64,000 bases of DNA. Source: an uncultured Candidatus Binatia bacterium (GTDB lineage Bacteria; Desulfobacterota; Binatia; UBA9968; CAXXLF01). Positions 9,758 through 19,058 of the stretch are shown here, piece after piece. The DNA lies in assembly GCA_965218425.1 (NCBI GenBank), contig OZ244621.1, positions 1,792,001 through 1,856,000 of the forward strand. Direction: 5' to 3'. Under the pieces are notes generated by a model, which saw only the letters and a program-made list of their open reading frames with translations, was not told the origin of the DNA and ran no database searches. The stretch's first letter is position 1. Every line of letters starts with the position of its first letter. Made by a program: the position numbers and the translations under genes.

Positions 9758-9831
9758 GTGTCATGAATTAGCCGTGAGTAACATCAAAACCTGGGCTGTC
9801 AATTGACAACCCCCCTGTCAGTCAGTATGTT
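9758..9831 (+). promoter_or_regulatory. Candidate NikR box and sigma70 promoter of nikR
   Basis: GTGTCAT-N13-GTAACAT at 9758-9784; TTGACA (9803)-17 nt-TATGTT (9826). Confidence 0.55.
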
Positions 9832-9843
9832 GGCACCACTTTT

Positions 9844-10248
9844 ATGGCTACGGTGTCTCGTTTCGGGGTGTCTTTGGAGCAAGATCTGTTGGCGATTTTC
9901 GACCGCAACATCTCAAAGGAAGGGTACGCCAATCGCTCAGAGGCCATCAGGGATCTAATTCGCGATCACCTGATTCAGAACCGAATCAGCAATTCCCATG
10001 AAGAGATTGTTGGGGTGGTAGCGCTTCTCTACGACCACAGAACCCACCGGCTGGGAGATCTCCTCGCTGACATGCAACACAAAGCAGAGGTGAGGATTAA
10101 TACAAGCTTGCACGTGCACTTAGACGAGCATAAATGTCTGGAGGTGATCGTTATCCAGGGAGAGAGCCAAAGAGTTCACGGAGTTGCCGGCCGGCTCATC
10201 GCCACCAAAGGCGTAGAAAACGGAAAGCTTGTAACAACGGTTGCCTGA
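9844..10248 (+). CDS. nikR: Nickel-responsive regulator NikR
   Basis: RHH domain RFGVSL..GYANRSEAIRDLIR; Ni ligands QH...HVH....C conserved. Confidence 0.93.
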   Translation: MATVSRFGVSLEQDLLAIFDRNISKEGYANRSEAIRDLIRDHLIQNRISNSHEEIVGVVALLYDHRTHRLGDLLADMQHKAEVRINTSLHVHLDEHKCLEVIVIQGESQRVHGVAGRLIATKGVENGKLVTTVA

Positions 10249-10352
10249 GCTGAGGATGGTAAACTTTTTTTACCAATCGATGGCACGAATTATAAATGCA
10301 TAACACGAATACAGGTTTTCACCAATCCTCTAGGTTCATTGCAGCGACGACG

Positions 10353-11384
10353 ATGACAGAGCGTCGGCATTTGCCGATTCATCTTCGTGAATTCACATTA
10401 TGGGGGCTATTGCCTTTCCTCATGATCATCAGCGCATGTGACAAGAAATCCGATCAGGTATTAGAGCCGGGTAGCGGGAAGCTCAAGGTGGTCACAACCG
10501 TGGCCCCAATTACCAGTATCGTCGAAAACATCGCGGGAGAGAAAATTCAGCTTACCGGGATTATCCCGGAAGGGATGAATTCCCATACCTTCGAGCCCAT
10601 TCCTTCAGACGTTCGCTTTCTGGAGGAGGCCGACCTCATCATCCTCAACGGGCTGGATCTTGAAATTCCAACCTTGAACCTTGCCAAGGCCAGCAAGAAG
10701 AGTGGGGCTACAATACTTCTTCTGGGCGATAAGACCCTTGCCGAAGCGGACTATGCCTTCGACTTCAGCTTCCCGAAGCATCGCGGCCACCCCAATCCTC
10801 ACCTCTGGCTGAACCCAAAATACGTCATGCGGTACACCCGACTCATCGGCCATGAACTTGGACGGTTGGACCCAGAAAACGAGGCTTTCTACAAAAAAAA
10901 CGCCGCCACTTATCTTCTCAGACTTGAGGCCATGGACCAGGCCATCGCTAAAGCGGTGAAGACCATCCCGGATCACAACCGCAGACTGCTGACCTATCAC
11001 GACTCTTGGCCCTACTTTGCCCGCCGCTACGGCTTCCAGGTGATCGGCGCCATTCAGCCCTCAGACTTTTCCGATCCCAGCCCTAGGGAAGTTGCCGGAC
11101 TCATCGAGCAGATCCGAAGGGAAAAGGTGCCCGCCGTGTTTGGATCTGAAGTGTTTCCCAGCCTCGTATTGGAGCAGATTGCCAAAGAGGCCAGGACGAG
11201 ATATGTCGACAAGCTTCGCGATGATTATCTTCCTGGTTCCCCTGGAGACCCTGAGCACTCATATGTCGGCATGATGCTCTACAATACGCGGATCATGTTC
11301 GAGGCCCTGGGAGGCTCCACGGAAGATCTCAACGCCATCGACCCGCAACCCGTGGCCGGTTCCCACGCAAATTACAGAGTGTAA
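10353..11384 (+). CDS. Metal ABC transporter substrate-binding lipoprotein (TroA/ZnuA family)
   Basis: Lipobox ISAC; SHTFEP, PNPHLWL, TYHDSW and LRDD ligand motifs. Start uncertain (the ORF track starts at 10296). Confidence 0.9.
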   Translation: MTERRHLPIHLREFTLWGLLPFLMIISACDKKSDQVLEPGSGKLKVVTTVAPITSIVENIAGEKIQLTGIIPEGMNSHTFEPIPSDVRFLEEADLIILNGLDLEIPTLNLAKASKKSGATILLLGDKTLAEADYAFDFSFPKHRGHPNPHLWLNPKYVMRYTRLIGHELGRLDPENEAFYKKNAATYLLRLEAMDQAIAKAVKTIPDHNRRLLTYHDSWPYFARRYGFQVIGAIQPSDFSDPSPREVAGLIEQIRREKVPAVFGSEVFPSLVLEQIAKEARTRYVDKLRDDYLPGSPGDPEHSYVGMMLYNTRIMFEALGGSTEDLNAIDPQPVAGSHANYRV

Positions 11385-11398
11385 GGAGTGATTGTCCC

Positions 11399-12265
11399 AT
11401 GAGCCCAGACCACCATGCAACCGACCATAATACAGGCCGCGGAAGCCTTCACCCCCATGGCTCCATGGAACCGCCCCATGTGGCTCATCATGAAGAAGTC
11501 CCTCTGCTGGAGATTGACCATGTCACCAGCGGTTACGAGAACGGTCCTGCCATACAGGATGTCTCTATCAAGATTTGGCCCGGTCAGTTTGTGGCCGTGG
11601 TAGGTCCCAACGGTGGAGGAAAGACCACTCTACTCAGGACCATCCTTGGTACCATCCGCCCCATTGCTGGAGAGGTGGCTCTGAGAGGACAACCCATGAC
11701 TCCCGGGAGCTTGGGAAGGATCGGCTTTGTGCCACAACTGGAGACCATCGATTGGAATTTTCCCATCACGGTAGAAGAGGTTATTCTGATGGGACTTTAC
11801 CGTAAGAACCACTGGCTCAAACGCATCGGTAAAAAGGATCGGGTGAGACTCAACGAGATGATGGAACGGCTCAATCTTGCGGGTCTGGGCAAACGCCATA
11901 TCAGGGAACTGTCCGGCGGCCAGCAGCAGACGGCCTTTCTGGGTCGCGCCCTGCTGGGGGAGCCGGATCTCATTTTGCTCGATGAACCGGCGGCAGGTCT
12001 GGACATCCGCTCTAGAGATAACGTGATTCACTTCCTGCACGAGATCAATCATCAAGGCGTCGCCATCATTCTCACGGCCCATGATCTGAATTGGGTGGCC
12101 GCTCACCTGCCGTGGGTTATCTGTTTAAATCGCCGGATCGTTGCCGAAGGACAGCCGTCCGAGGTTTTCAACTCCCAGGTCCTACGGGAAACCTACCGGG
12201 GAGAAATGGTGGTTTTCCAGCATGAGGGGATGATTATGGTGGGTGAAAGACCCCACTCTCCCTGA
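11399..12265 (+). CDS. Metal ABC transporter ATPase with His-rich N-terminal extension
   Basis: GPNGGGKTT, LSGGQQQ, LLDEP and AHD motifs. Confidence 0.92.
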   Translation: MSPDHHATDHNTGRGSLHPHGSMEPPHVAHHEEVPLLEIDHVTSGYENGPAIQDVSIKIWPGQFVAVVGPNGGGKTTLLRTILGTIRPIAGEVALRGQPMTPGSLGRIGFVPQLETIDWNFPITVEEVILMGLYRKNHWLKRIGKKDRVRLNEMMERLNLAGLGKRHIRELSGGQQQTAFLGRALLGEPDLILLDEPAAGLDIRSRDNVIHFLHEINHQGVAIILTAHDLNWVAAHLPWVICLNRRIVAEGQPSEVFNSQVLRETYRGEMVVFQHEGMIMVGERPHSP

Positions 12266-12283
12266 GCTAATCCAGCTCCCACG

Positions 12284-13105
12284 ATGATTTCCTCTTTTCC
12301 CCTTCAGTATGAGTTTTTTCGCCACGGGCTCTTGGCCGCCATTATTGTTGGCGCGCTGTGCGGTTTTGTTGGAGTCTATGTTGTCTTGCGCAGGATGAGC
12401 TACATCGGCCATGGGCTTGCCCACGCCATCTTTGGCGGCGCGGTCCTTAGCCTAGCCATTAATTTGAACTTCTTCGTTGGGGCGGGAATCTGGGCCCTAA
12501 TGGCGGCGGCTCTTGTCCACCTCATCGCCCACCGCAGATTGGTGGGTGCCGATGCCGCCATCGGCGTGGTCACCACATCCAGCTTTGCCATCGGTGTAGC
12601 GATCGTTTCCTCCCACCGTCGATTCACGAGAAACATTGAAGCGGCGCTTTTCGGTAACATCTTAGGAATCACACAAACTGATCTCTGGATTATTGCCTCC
12701 ATCGCGCTGCTGGTTTCCATAGGCATTATTATGATTCGACGGCAGCTCCTTTTCTCCACCTTCGACCCCGAGGTGGCATCCGCATATGGAATCTCCACTG
12801 GCTGGACCGATCTTGTATTTGTCCTTCTGCTCGCCGTTACCGTCCTGGCGTCAACACAGATCCTTGGCGTCACTCTCGTCGCCGCCGCCATTGTAATTCC
12901 CCCAGTAATCGCCCGCTACTTGACGCGGAGTTTCCATTCCCTGCTCATCATCTCGCCCATCATCGGCGCCCTATGCGGCGCGGTGGGTATGATCCTGAGT
13001 TTTTACCTCGATATTTCCTCCGCCGCCATGATCGTATTAACCGCCACTGTGCTCTTTATTGTGGTTGAGGCTGGTCTCACCCTAAAAAGAGCCTTGACCA
13101 CCTGA
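12284..13105 (+). CDS. Metal ABC transporter permease
   Basis: GVYVVLRRMSYIGHGLAHA, LFGNILG and TFDPEVA motifs. Confidence 0.92.
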   Translation: MISSFPLQYEFFRHGLLAAIIVGALCGFVGVYVVLRRMSYIGHGLAHAIFGGAVLSLAINLNFFVGAGIWALMAAALVHLIAHRRLVGADAAIGVVTTSSFAIGVAIVSSHRRFTRNIEAALFGNILGITQTDLWIIASIALLVSIGIIMIRRQLLFSTFDPEVASAYGISTGWTDLVFVLLLAVTVLASTQILGVTLVAAAIVIPPVIARYLTRSFHSLLIISPIIGALCGAVGMILSFYLDISSAAMIVLTATVLFIVVEAGLTLKRALTT

Positions 13106-13259
13106 TCGCATCTTGATGTCAAGACCTCTTGAGCCCTTGTCCGCGGACCGGCGGTTCGACGTTTTGGAGTCCTGGCGCTGGCTCCAGGGCTGATAACGAG
13201 AACCATTGAGAGCGGCGGGTGGTTTAAATATTCTGGCGGTTCCTGCTAAGAAGGAGAAA

Positions 13260-14186
13260 ATGAAACCACTGGGTTACGTCGGGACCGCTGTTTTTCTTAT
13301 GAGTGCGCTAGTCACCGCATGGTTTCTTCGGGGCCGTGAACTGCCTTCTTCCCCTGAGTCCCAAGGCTCGTCTCAACCCCAATACACTCTCGAACAGTAT
13401 CTCACGGCCGTCTACGCCCGTGATTTTAACAAAGCGTACCAATGGATCTCGGCCGAGGACCGCCAGGTAAAGAGTCGTGAGCAATACCTGAGGGAGAACC
13501 CATCCTTGTCCGGTCCGGCTTTACGCTTGGTACGCACCCTGGCCCGCCGGATGGAAGTCAAGGATATGCGCAGTGCTTCCCGCGGGATCAGAACGACCCT
13601 CCGTTTCAACCTCCGACTACCCGACGCTAGCGATCCAACCTTGCAAAAGATCTTTATGGAATTTGACCTTGACCGCCTCGGCGCTCTTACCGCAGAACAG
13701 AGTCAGACCATCGAGCAACAACTTAAAACCCTGGCGAATAAGAACAGGCTCCCCATGTCGGACGGGGAAGAACAATGGGAACTGGTCAAAGAAGCGGATG
13801 GCTGGCGCGTATTCCTCAACTGGGCCGGCGCCACTCGAGTTTTATTTAAGGCGAAGGTCATGGAAGGGTTGCCCTGGAGTTTTAAACCCATGCAAGATCG
13901 GGTTTCCGCTAAACCGGGTGAAACGCTTCTGGCCATATACAAGGCGAAGAATCTGTCCGATAAACCTGTCACGGCCAAGGCCCGCCACATTGATGAGCCG
14001 AAAGAATTGGCTTCGAAGCACCTTGAAATTGTTCAGTGCTTCTGCTTCATTCAGCAGACACTGGCTCCTGGAGAAGAGAAGGAATTCCCCCTTATCTTTA
14101 GAATCAACTGGAAAACCCCGGCTGAAGCCAAGGAGTTCCAAGTCTCCTATGAGTTCTATCCCATCGACCGGTTTCCGGAAAATTAA
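13260..14186 (+). CDS. Membrane-anchored protein with C-terminal CtaG/Cox11 copper-chaperone domain
   Basis: LPWSFKP...PGET...KNLSD....A....QCFCF.QQTLAPGEE..FP..F motif; extra N-terminal domain; RBS AAGGAG before 13260. Confidence 0.8.
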   Translation: MKPLGYVGTAVFLMSALVTAWFLRGRELPSSPESQGSSQPQYTLEQYLTAVYARDFNKAYQWISAEDRQVKSREQYLRENPSLSGPALRLVRTLARRMEVKDMRSASRGIRTTLRFNLRLPDASDPTLQKIFMEFDLDRLGALTAEQSQTIEQQLKTLANKNRLPMSDGEEQWELVKEADGWRVFLNWAGATRVLFKAKVMEGLPWSFKPMQDRVSAKPGETLLAIYKAKNLSDKPVTAKARHIDEPKELASKHLEIVQCFCFIQQTLAPGEEKEFPLIFRINWKTPAEAKEFQVSYEFYPIDRFPEN

Positions 14187-14225
14187 CAAAGATTCTTTTT
14201 GAATATTCCTTCCGCAAGAATCTAA

Positions 14226-14843
14226 ATGCAGCGCCCTTCGATCTTAAAGCAGACCCTTTGGCCACTGGTGGTCTTATTCGTACTAGGAACAGGCGCTGCC
14301 GGATATTGGCAATGGCGTGGGGGAAAGCTTCCTGAACCCCTTCAGGCGATCTTTCCGTCACCCAAGGGAACCCTGGAAATTCGTCTCAAAGATCACCGGG
14401 AGGCCATCAAGGATTTCGCGAAGCTCGAAGTGAACGTGAAGACGGTGCGACTCGGCCAAAAGAGAGAAGGGAATACGGTAAATACCGAATGGAAGGAACT
14501 CAGTCCTTCAGTAAAACAAGTGGATTTGACTCGATATACGGGAAAGGACTCCGCAGTAATATTCAATGGCAAGCTGGCACGGGGCCATTTCGACGGGATC
14601 CATTTAAAACTAGAACCTGTCAGAGGCCTACTGAAGAAAAACCAGAAGGAAGTCATTATCGAGAACCTGATCCGCCCAATCAAACTTCCCTTTTCCATCC
14701 ACCCGAGAACGGATACCGGCATTGTCTTGGATCTCGTGGTCCTTGATATCAGCGACCATCCTCCGCGCGGATATGAACTTCACATTAAAGGGTACGAGCT
14801 CCATACCGGTGGACGATTAGTCCAAAAGATTCCTCCGGTTTAA
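14226..14843 (+). CDS. DUF4382-like exported protein
   Basis: N-terminal TM segment; GTLEIRLKD, VDLT and IVLDL pattern. Confidence 0.6.
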   Translation: MQRPSILKQTLWPLVVLFVLGTGAAGYWQWRGGKLPEPLQAIFPSPKGTLEIRLKDHREAIKDFAKLEVNVKTVRLGQKREGNTVNTEWKELSPSVKQVDLTRYTGKDSAVIFNGKLARGHFDGIHLKLEPVRGLLKKNQKEVIIENLIRPIKLPFSIHPRTDTGIVLDLVVLDISDHPPRGYELHIKGYELHTGGRLVQKIPPV

Positions 14844-14877
14844 CCGATCCAGAAACAGCCCGGACAAACCGATCCAG

Positions 14878-15540
14878 ATGACCGACAAACGTCCTATTCT
14901 CCATATCGTTTTCAGCGCGTTCATACTCTTATTGCTCGGCGGAATTATCACCTGGAGTCTCAAGGTTGGACCCGGATTTTGGTCCCTCAGAGGAGGAAAT
15001 CAAAAATCTCTGGCGATACATGGGGATTTCGGCACCGTACCCGATTTCTCATTAACTGAACGGAGCGAAAGGGCCATTACTAGGCGGGACCTTCACGGCC
15101 AGATCTGGATCGTCAATTTTATCTTCACCGCCTGTAAAGAGACCTGCCCTGCTCAAAGCGCCGCCATGGCTCGACTGCAAGCCGACACAGACCTCAAAGG
15201 AAAAATCAAACTTGTGTCCATCACCGTGGATCCGAAACGAGACACGCCGGAAATCCTCACCCGGTATGCGAATCGCTTAGGAGCCCACCCCGAGCAGTGG
15301 TATTTCTTAACCGGGACCAAGGAGGAGATCTATGGCTTGGCCCAGGAGGGTTTCCGACTCGGCGCCGCCCAGGTCCCAAATAGTAGCGACAGCCCGGCAT
15401 ACATCCATAGCTCCAGGCTCGTCTTGGTGGACGGGGAAGCGACAATTCGGGGTTACTACGAGAGCGCCGACCCCAAGGCATTGCACAAACTCACCCAGGA
15501 TATAAAATTGATCCTGAAGCGAGAAAAGGCCTATGGCTAA
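14878..15540 (+). CDS. SCO1/SenC-family copper chaperone
   Basis: FIFTACKETCP (CxxxC), SITVDP.RDTP and HS..LVLVD...IRGYY motifs. Confidence 0.92.
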   Translation: MTDKRPILHIVFSAFILLLLGGIITWSLKVGPGFWSLRGGNQKSLAIHGDFGTVPDFSLTERSERAITRRDLHGQIWIVNFIFTACKETCPAQSAAMARLQADTDLKGKIKLVSITVDPKRDTPEILTRYANRLGAHPEQWYFLTGTKEEIYGLAQEGFRLGAAQVPNSSDSPAYIHSSRLVLVDGEATIRGYYESADPKALHKLTQDIKLILKREKAYG

Positions 15541-16408
15541 AAAATCCAAGAAAAAGAACAAACAGGCGAGTGCGGCGGCCGCACCGCCCGCACTCCGGTC
15601 CATACCCAACTGGCCACTCCTTGGCCTGGCATTAATCGGAATGGGGCTTACGATCTACCTCACTACCACGGCTTGGACCGGGCAAGAAGTGGCAGGCTGC
15701 ACGGTGGGCAGCGGATGTGATGTGGTCTTGAACAGCCGCTGGGCTACTCTATTTGGATTGCCCACTTCGTTGTGGGGCTTCCTCGCTTATGCTGGCCTTG
15801 GAGGAATCGCATTTATCAAGCGTACCGATATCCACTGGAAATTGGCATGGATTGTCTCTCTGGTGGGCGTTTTTTACAGCGTCTACCTGACATCCGTTTC
15901 CTTTACTAAGCTAGACGCCGCCTGTCCGTACTGTCTCGCTTCGCTATCCCTAATGCTGGCCAGCCTGGGCGCCGTCAGCTACCAGTGGCCAAAAGATCTC
16001 GTCGGCTTCTCCTGGGGTTCCTGGACCCTAAAGACCGTCCCTGCCGGGCTCATCCTCGTGCTGGCACTCCACTTGAACTACACAGGCACCGGGGGTGAAA
16101 CTGCGGGGATCGCTGAAGACCCCAAGCTCCGTAGCCTGGCGGAGCACCTAGAAAAGGCTAATGCCAAATTCTACGGGGCGTTCTGGTGTCCCCACTGCGA
16201 AGAGCAAAAAGCGATGTTCGGATCTTCCGCTCACCGTTTACCTTACGTTGAATGCAGCCCAAGGGGACGAAGGGCCCCCCAGGCGACTACTTGTAGAGTC
16301 ATGAGCATTCGAATTTATCCCACATGGATTATAAACGGCCGCCGCTATACCGGTAGGCTAAGCTTGAAGGAACTGGCCCGCCGCAGCGGCTTTAACAGCA
16401 CTTTCTAA
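15533..16408 (+). CDS. Vitamin K epoxide reductase (VKOR) fused to thioredoxin-like domain
   Basis: C....GCDVVLNS, CPYC, FYGAFWCPHC and YPTWIING motifs. Confidence 0.92.
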   Translation: MAKKSKKKNKQASAAAAPPALRSIPNWPLLGLALIGMGLTIYLTTTAWTGQEVAGCTVGSGCDVVLNSRWATLFGLPTSLWGFLAYAGLGGIAFIKRTDIHWKLAWIVSLVGVFYSVYLTSVSFTKLDAACPYCLASLSLMLASLGAVSYQWPKDLVGFSWGSWTLKTVPAGLILVLALHLNYTGTGGETAGIAEDPKLRSLAEHLEKANAKFYGAFWCPHCEEQKAMFGSSAHRLPYVECSPRGRRAPQATTCRVMSIRIYPTWIINGRRYTGRLSLKELARRSGFNSTF

Positions 16409-16434
16409 ACTTCAACCTACATCAGCAGGCAATC

Positions 16435-17010
16435 ATGAATGACATTATCATCCAAGCCTTCGAAGATAGCATCCAGGCCAAAAGGGCATTTCTCGATGAA
16501 AATCTCCACACTATGGTGAAGGTCATTGACCGCATCTGCGAGGTCCTTGCCAAGGGTAACAAGCTCCTTCTCTTCGGCAACGGGGGGAGCGCCGCAGACG
16601 CCCAACACATTGCCGCCGAATTCGTCAACCGATTCCGCATTGAGCGGCCGCCTCTAGCCGCCCTCGCCCTCACCACGGATACCTCCGCCCTCACCAGCAT
16701 CGCCAACGACTATGACTACAAAGAGATCTTCGCCAAGCAGGTGAAGGCTCTGGGAAAAGAAGGCGACCTCGCCGTGGCCATCTCCACCAGCGGGAACGCG
16801 GCCAATGTCTTAGCGGCCATTGACGCCTGCAAGAAACTCAAAATCACTACAGTGGGACTCACCGGTGGGGATGGAGGGAAAATGTCCCGGCGGACCGATT
16901 TCCTACTGCGTGTCTCGGCAACGAAAAGCACCGCACGGATCCAGGAAACTCATATCCTGGTGGCCCATGTTATCTGTGAAACGGTAGACCAAAAGCTCTT
17001 CCCTTCTTAA
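16435..17010 (+). CDS. gmhA: D-sedoheptulose-7-phosphate isomerase
   Basis: GNGGSAADAQHIAAE, ANDY, STSGN and RIQETH motifs. Confidence 0.95.
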   Translation: MNDIIIQAFEDSIQAKRAFLDENLHTMVKVIDRICEVLAKGNKLLLFGNGGSAADAQHIAAEFVNRFRIERPPLAALALTTDTSALTSIANDYDYKEIFAKQVKALGKEGDLAVAISTSGNAANVLAAIDACKKLKITTVGLTGGDGGKMSRRTDFLLRVSATKSTARIQETHILVAHVICETVDQKLFPS

Positions 17011-17030
17011 ATCTCTCACGGCCTCAAGCG

Positions 17031-17981
17031 ATGGCGAAAAAAATATTCAGGCCCTTGAGTTTCCCGAAGGCCAAAACCTACCCGCTGAAAAGGCGCTTTA
17101 GCAAGGTCCAGCAGACCCATTTTGGCAAGCCCTCAGCTAAAGGAGCCCGGCTTCGCTCCTTTCTGAACGGCTTACCCAATATCCTAGCCGCCCAAAATTT
17201 CAAGGAAGTGACGCGTAACATTGCAAAGGCCCACAGGAGAAACAAGACCGTCTTGCTGGGAATGGGAGCCCACTCCATAAAGGTCGGCCTGAGTCCGCTG
17301 ATCATTGATTTCATGCAAAAGGGAATCATTAGTGCCGTGGCAATGAACGGCGCATGCATCATTCACGATTTCGAGCTCGCGCTAATGGGGCAAACCTCCG
17401 AGGATGTAGCCGTGAGCCTGAAGGATGGAAGTTTTGGAATGGCAGAGGAGACCGGGGCCTTTTTGAATGAGGCAATTTCCAAGGGCCATGAGCGAGGAGA
17501 AGGAATTGGCCCAGCCGTTGGCAAAGCCCTCGTTCAAAACAAGCTGCCCCACCGACGTCTGAGCATTCTCGCTGCGGGCGCCCGACTGGGCGTCCCCATT
17601 ACTGTCCACGTGGGTATCGGCACGGATATCATTCACATGCACCCCAAGGTGAATGGGGCCGCCCTGGGCGCCGGGAGCCTGGAAGATTTTCACACCCTGA
17701 CCTCCGTAGTAGCGACGCTGAAGGACGGGGTCTATGTCAATTTGGGATCGGCGGTGATTTTACCTGAGGCCTTCTTGAAGGCACTTAACCTGGCCCGTAA
17801 CCTGGGTCACTCCGTAAACAACCTCACCACGGTAAACTTGGATTTCCTCGCCCACTACCGCCCCCTCACCAACGTCGTCGCACGACCAACGTCGGGCAGC
17901 GGTAAGGGATTTCATTTTGCCGGACACCTCGAGATCATGGTGCCGTTACTGTTTGCCTCCGTTATAGAGGAATTGGCGTAG
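17031..17981 (+). CDS. Conserved protein, deoxyhypusine-synthase-like fold
   Basis: MGAHSIKVG, NGA..IHDFE, PITVHVGIGTDIIHMHP and NLGSAVILPE motifs. Confidence 0.6.
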   Translation: MAKKIFRPLSFPKAKTYPLKRRFSKVQQTHFGKPSAKGARLRSFLNGLPNILAAQNFKEVTRNIAKAHRRNKTVLLGMGAHSIKVGLSPLIIDFMQKGIISAVAMNGACIIHDFELALMGQTSEDVAVSLKDGSFGMAEETGAFLNEAISKGHERGEGIGPAVGKALVQNKLPHRRLSILAAGARLGVPITVHVGIGTDIIHMHPKVNGAALGAGSLEDFHTLTSVVATLKDGVYVNLGSAVILPEAFLKALNLARNLGHSVNNLTTVNLDFLAHYRPLTNVVARPTSGSGKGFHFAGHLEIMVPLLFASVIEELA

Positions 17982-18260
17982 CCTCCTCAATAACCTAACC
18001 ACAAATGTTCGCTGACTACCGCCGATACTCGACAGCAAAGAGCATAGCGCATCGCGTCCGCTTTTTAGCCGTCAGCTATCAGCTTAAGATACGAAGCAAG
18101 GGGCATGGGATATGCAGGGGTTAGGGTTCGGAACCCAACTCCTCCCGCCCCTGCGGCGTCATTTCTGCAACTTAAAAAAGTAATCTCCCCTGAGAGGCTA
18201 CTCAGTTGGGAATCGGGGTTTACGCTGTCCGGCTTTTCCGTTAAATTGTCCCCGACGGCC

Positions 18261-19058
18261 ATGAAGACAAGCCTCATCACCTTGACTACGGACTTCGGTC
18301 ACAGGGACGCCTTCGTGGGCACCATGAAGGGAGTCATCCTAGGTGCCAATCCGAAGGCGAGCATTGTGGATCTCAGCCACGGCATTCCGCCACAGAATAT
18401 TATGGCCGGCGCCATGGTTCTCAGTGGAGCCGTCCCGTTTTTTCCCGCTGGAACCATTCATATAGCCGTGGTGGACCCCGGTGTAGGCAGCGAGAGACAT
18501 CCTATACTGATTCAATCCGAGAGGGAGTTTTTTGTTGGACCGGACAATGGCATTTTCAGCCTGGTGATGAAGGGACGGAAGGTGAAGCGGATCGTTGAGC
18601 TCTCCAAAGACACCTATCATCTGAAACCCACGAGCTCCACCTTCCATGGGAGAGACATCTTCGCCCCCGTGGCAGCCCAACTTTCCCTGGGCCAGTCAAC
18701 CAAAAAACTTGGAACCCCTGTGGATGATTTCATCCGTCTCCCCTGGCCCGAGGTTATCACAAATCAAAATTCCGTAAGGGGCGAAGTCATTTACGTTGAC
18801 GGTTTCGGCAACCTGATTACCAACATAGGAGAGGACACCCTTGCTCCCTTCCCAAGGAACAGGCTATTGACTAACATAGGCCCGGTTCAGATCCACGGGC
18901 TTTCCTCCAGCTATTCCTCGGTTCCGGATGGCGATGCGGTGGCGGTGATGAATAGCTGGAAGTTTCTGGAAATCGCCGTGCGCAACGGCTCTGCCGAAAA
19001 ACAGACGGGCAAAGCGGTTGGCGCGCCCGTTGAGGTAACGCTCTCAGATGGACAGTAA
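18261..19058 (+). CDS. SAM hydroxide adenosyltransferase (DUF62 family)
   Basis: ITLTTDFG, VVDPGVGSER, GPDNG, STFHGRDIFAP and DGFGNLITN motifs. Confidence 0.9.
   Translation: MKTSLITLTTDFGHRDAFVGTMKGVILGANPKASIVDLSHGIPPQNIMAGAMVLSGAVPFFPAGTIHIAVVDPGVGSERHPILIQSEREFFVGPDNGIFSLVMKGRKVKRIVELSKDTYHLKPTSSTFHGRDIFAPVAAQLSLGQSTKKLGTPVDDFIRLPWPEVITNQNSVRGEVIYVDGFGNLITNIGEDTLAPFPRNRLLTNIGPVQIHGLSSSYSSVPDGDAVAVMNSWKFLEIAVRNGSAEKQTGKAVGAPVEVTLSDGQ

Noticed and set aside
18261..19058. Possible SAM-dependent fluorinase/chlorinase
   Set aside because: STFHGRD with the Asp/Arg/His set indicates the DUF62 hydroxide-type enzyme.
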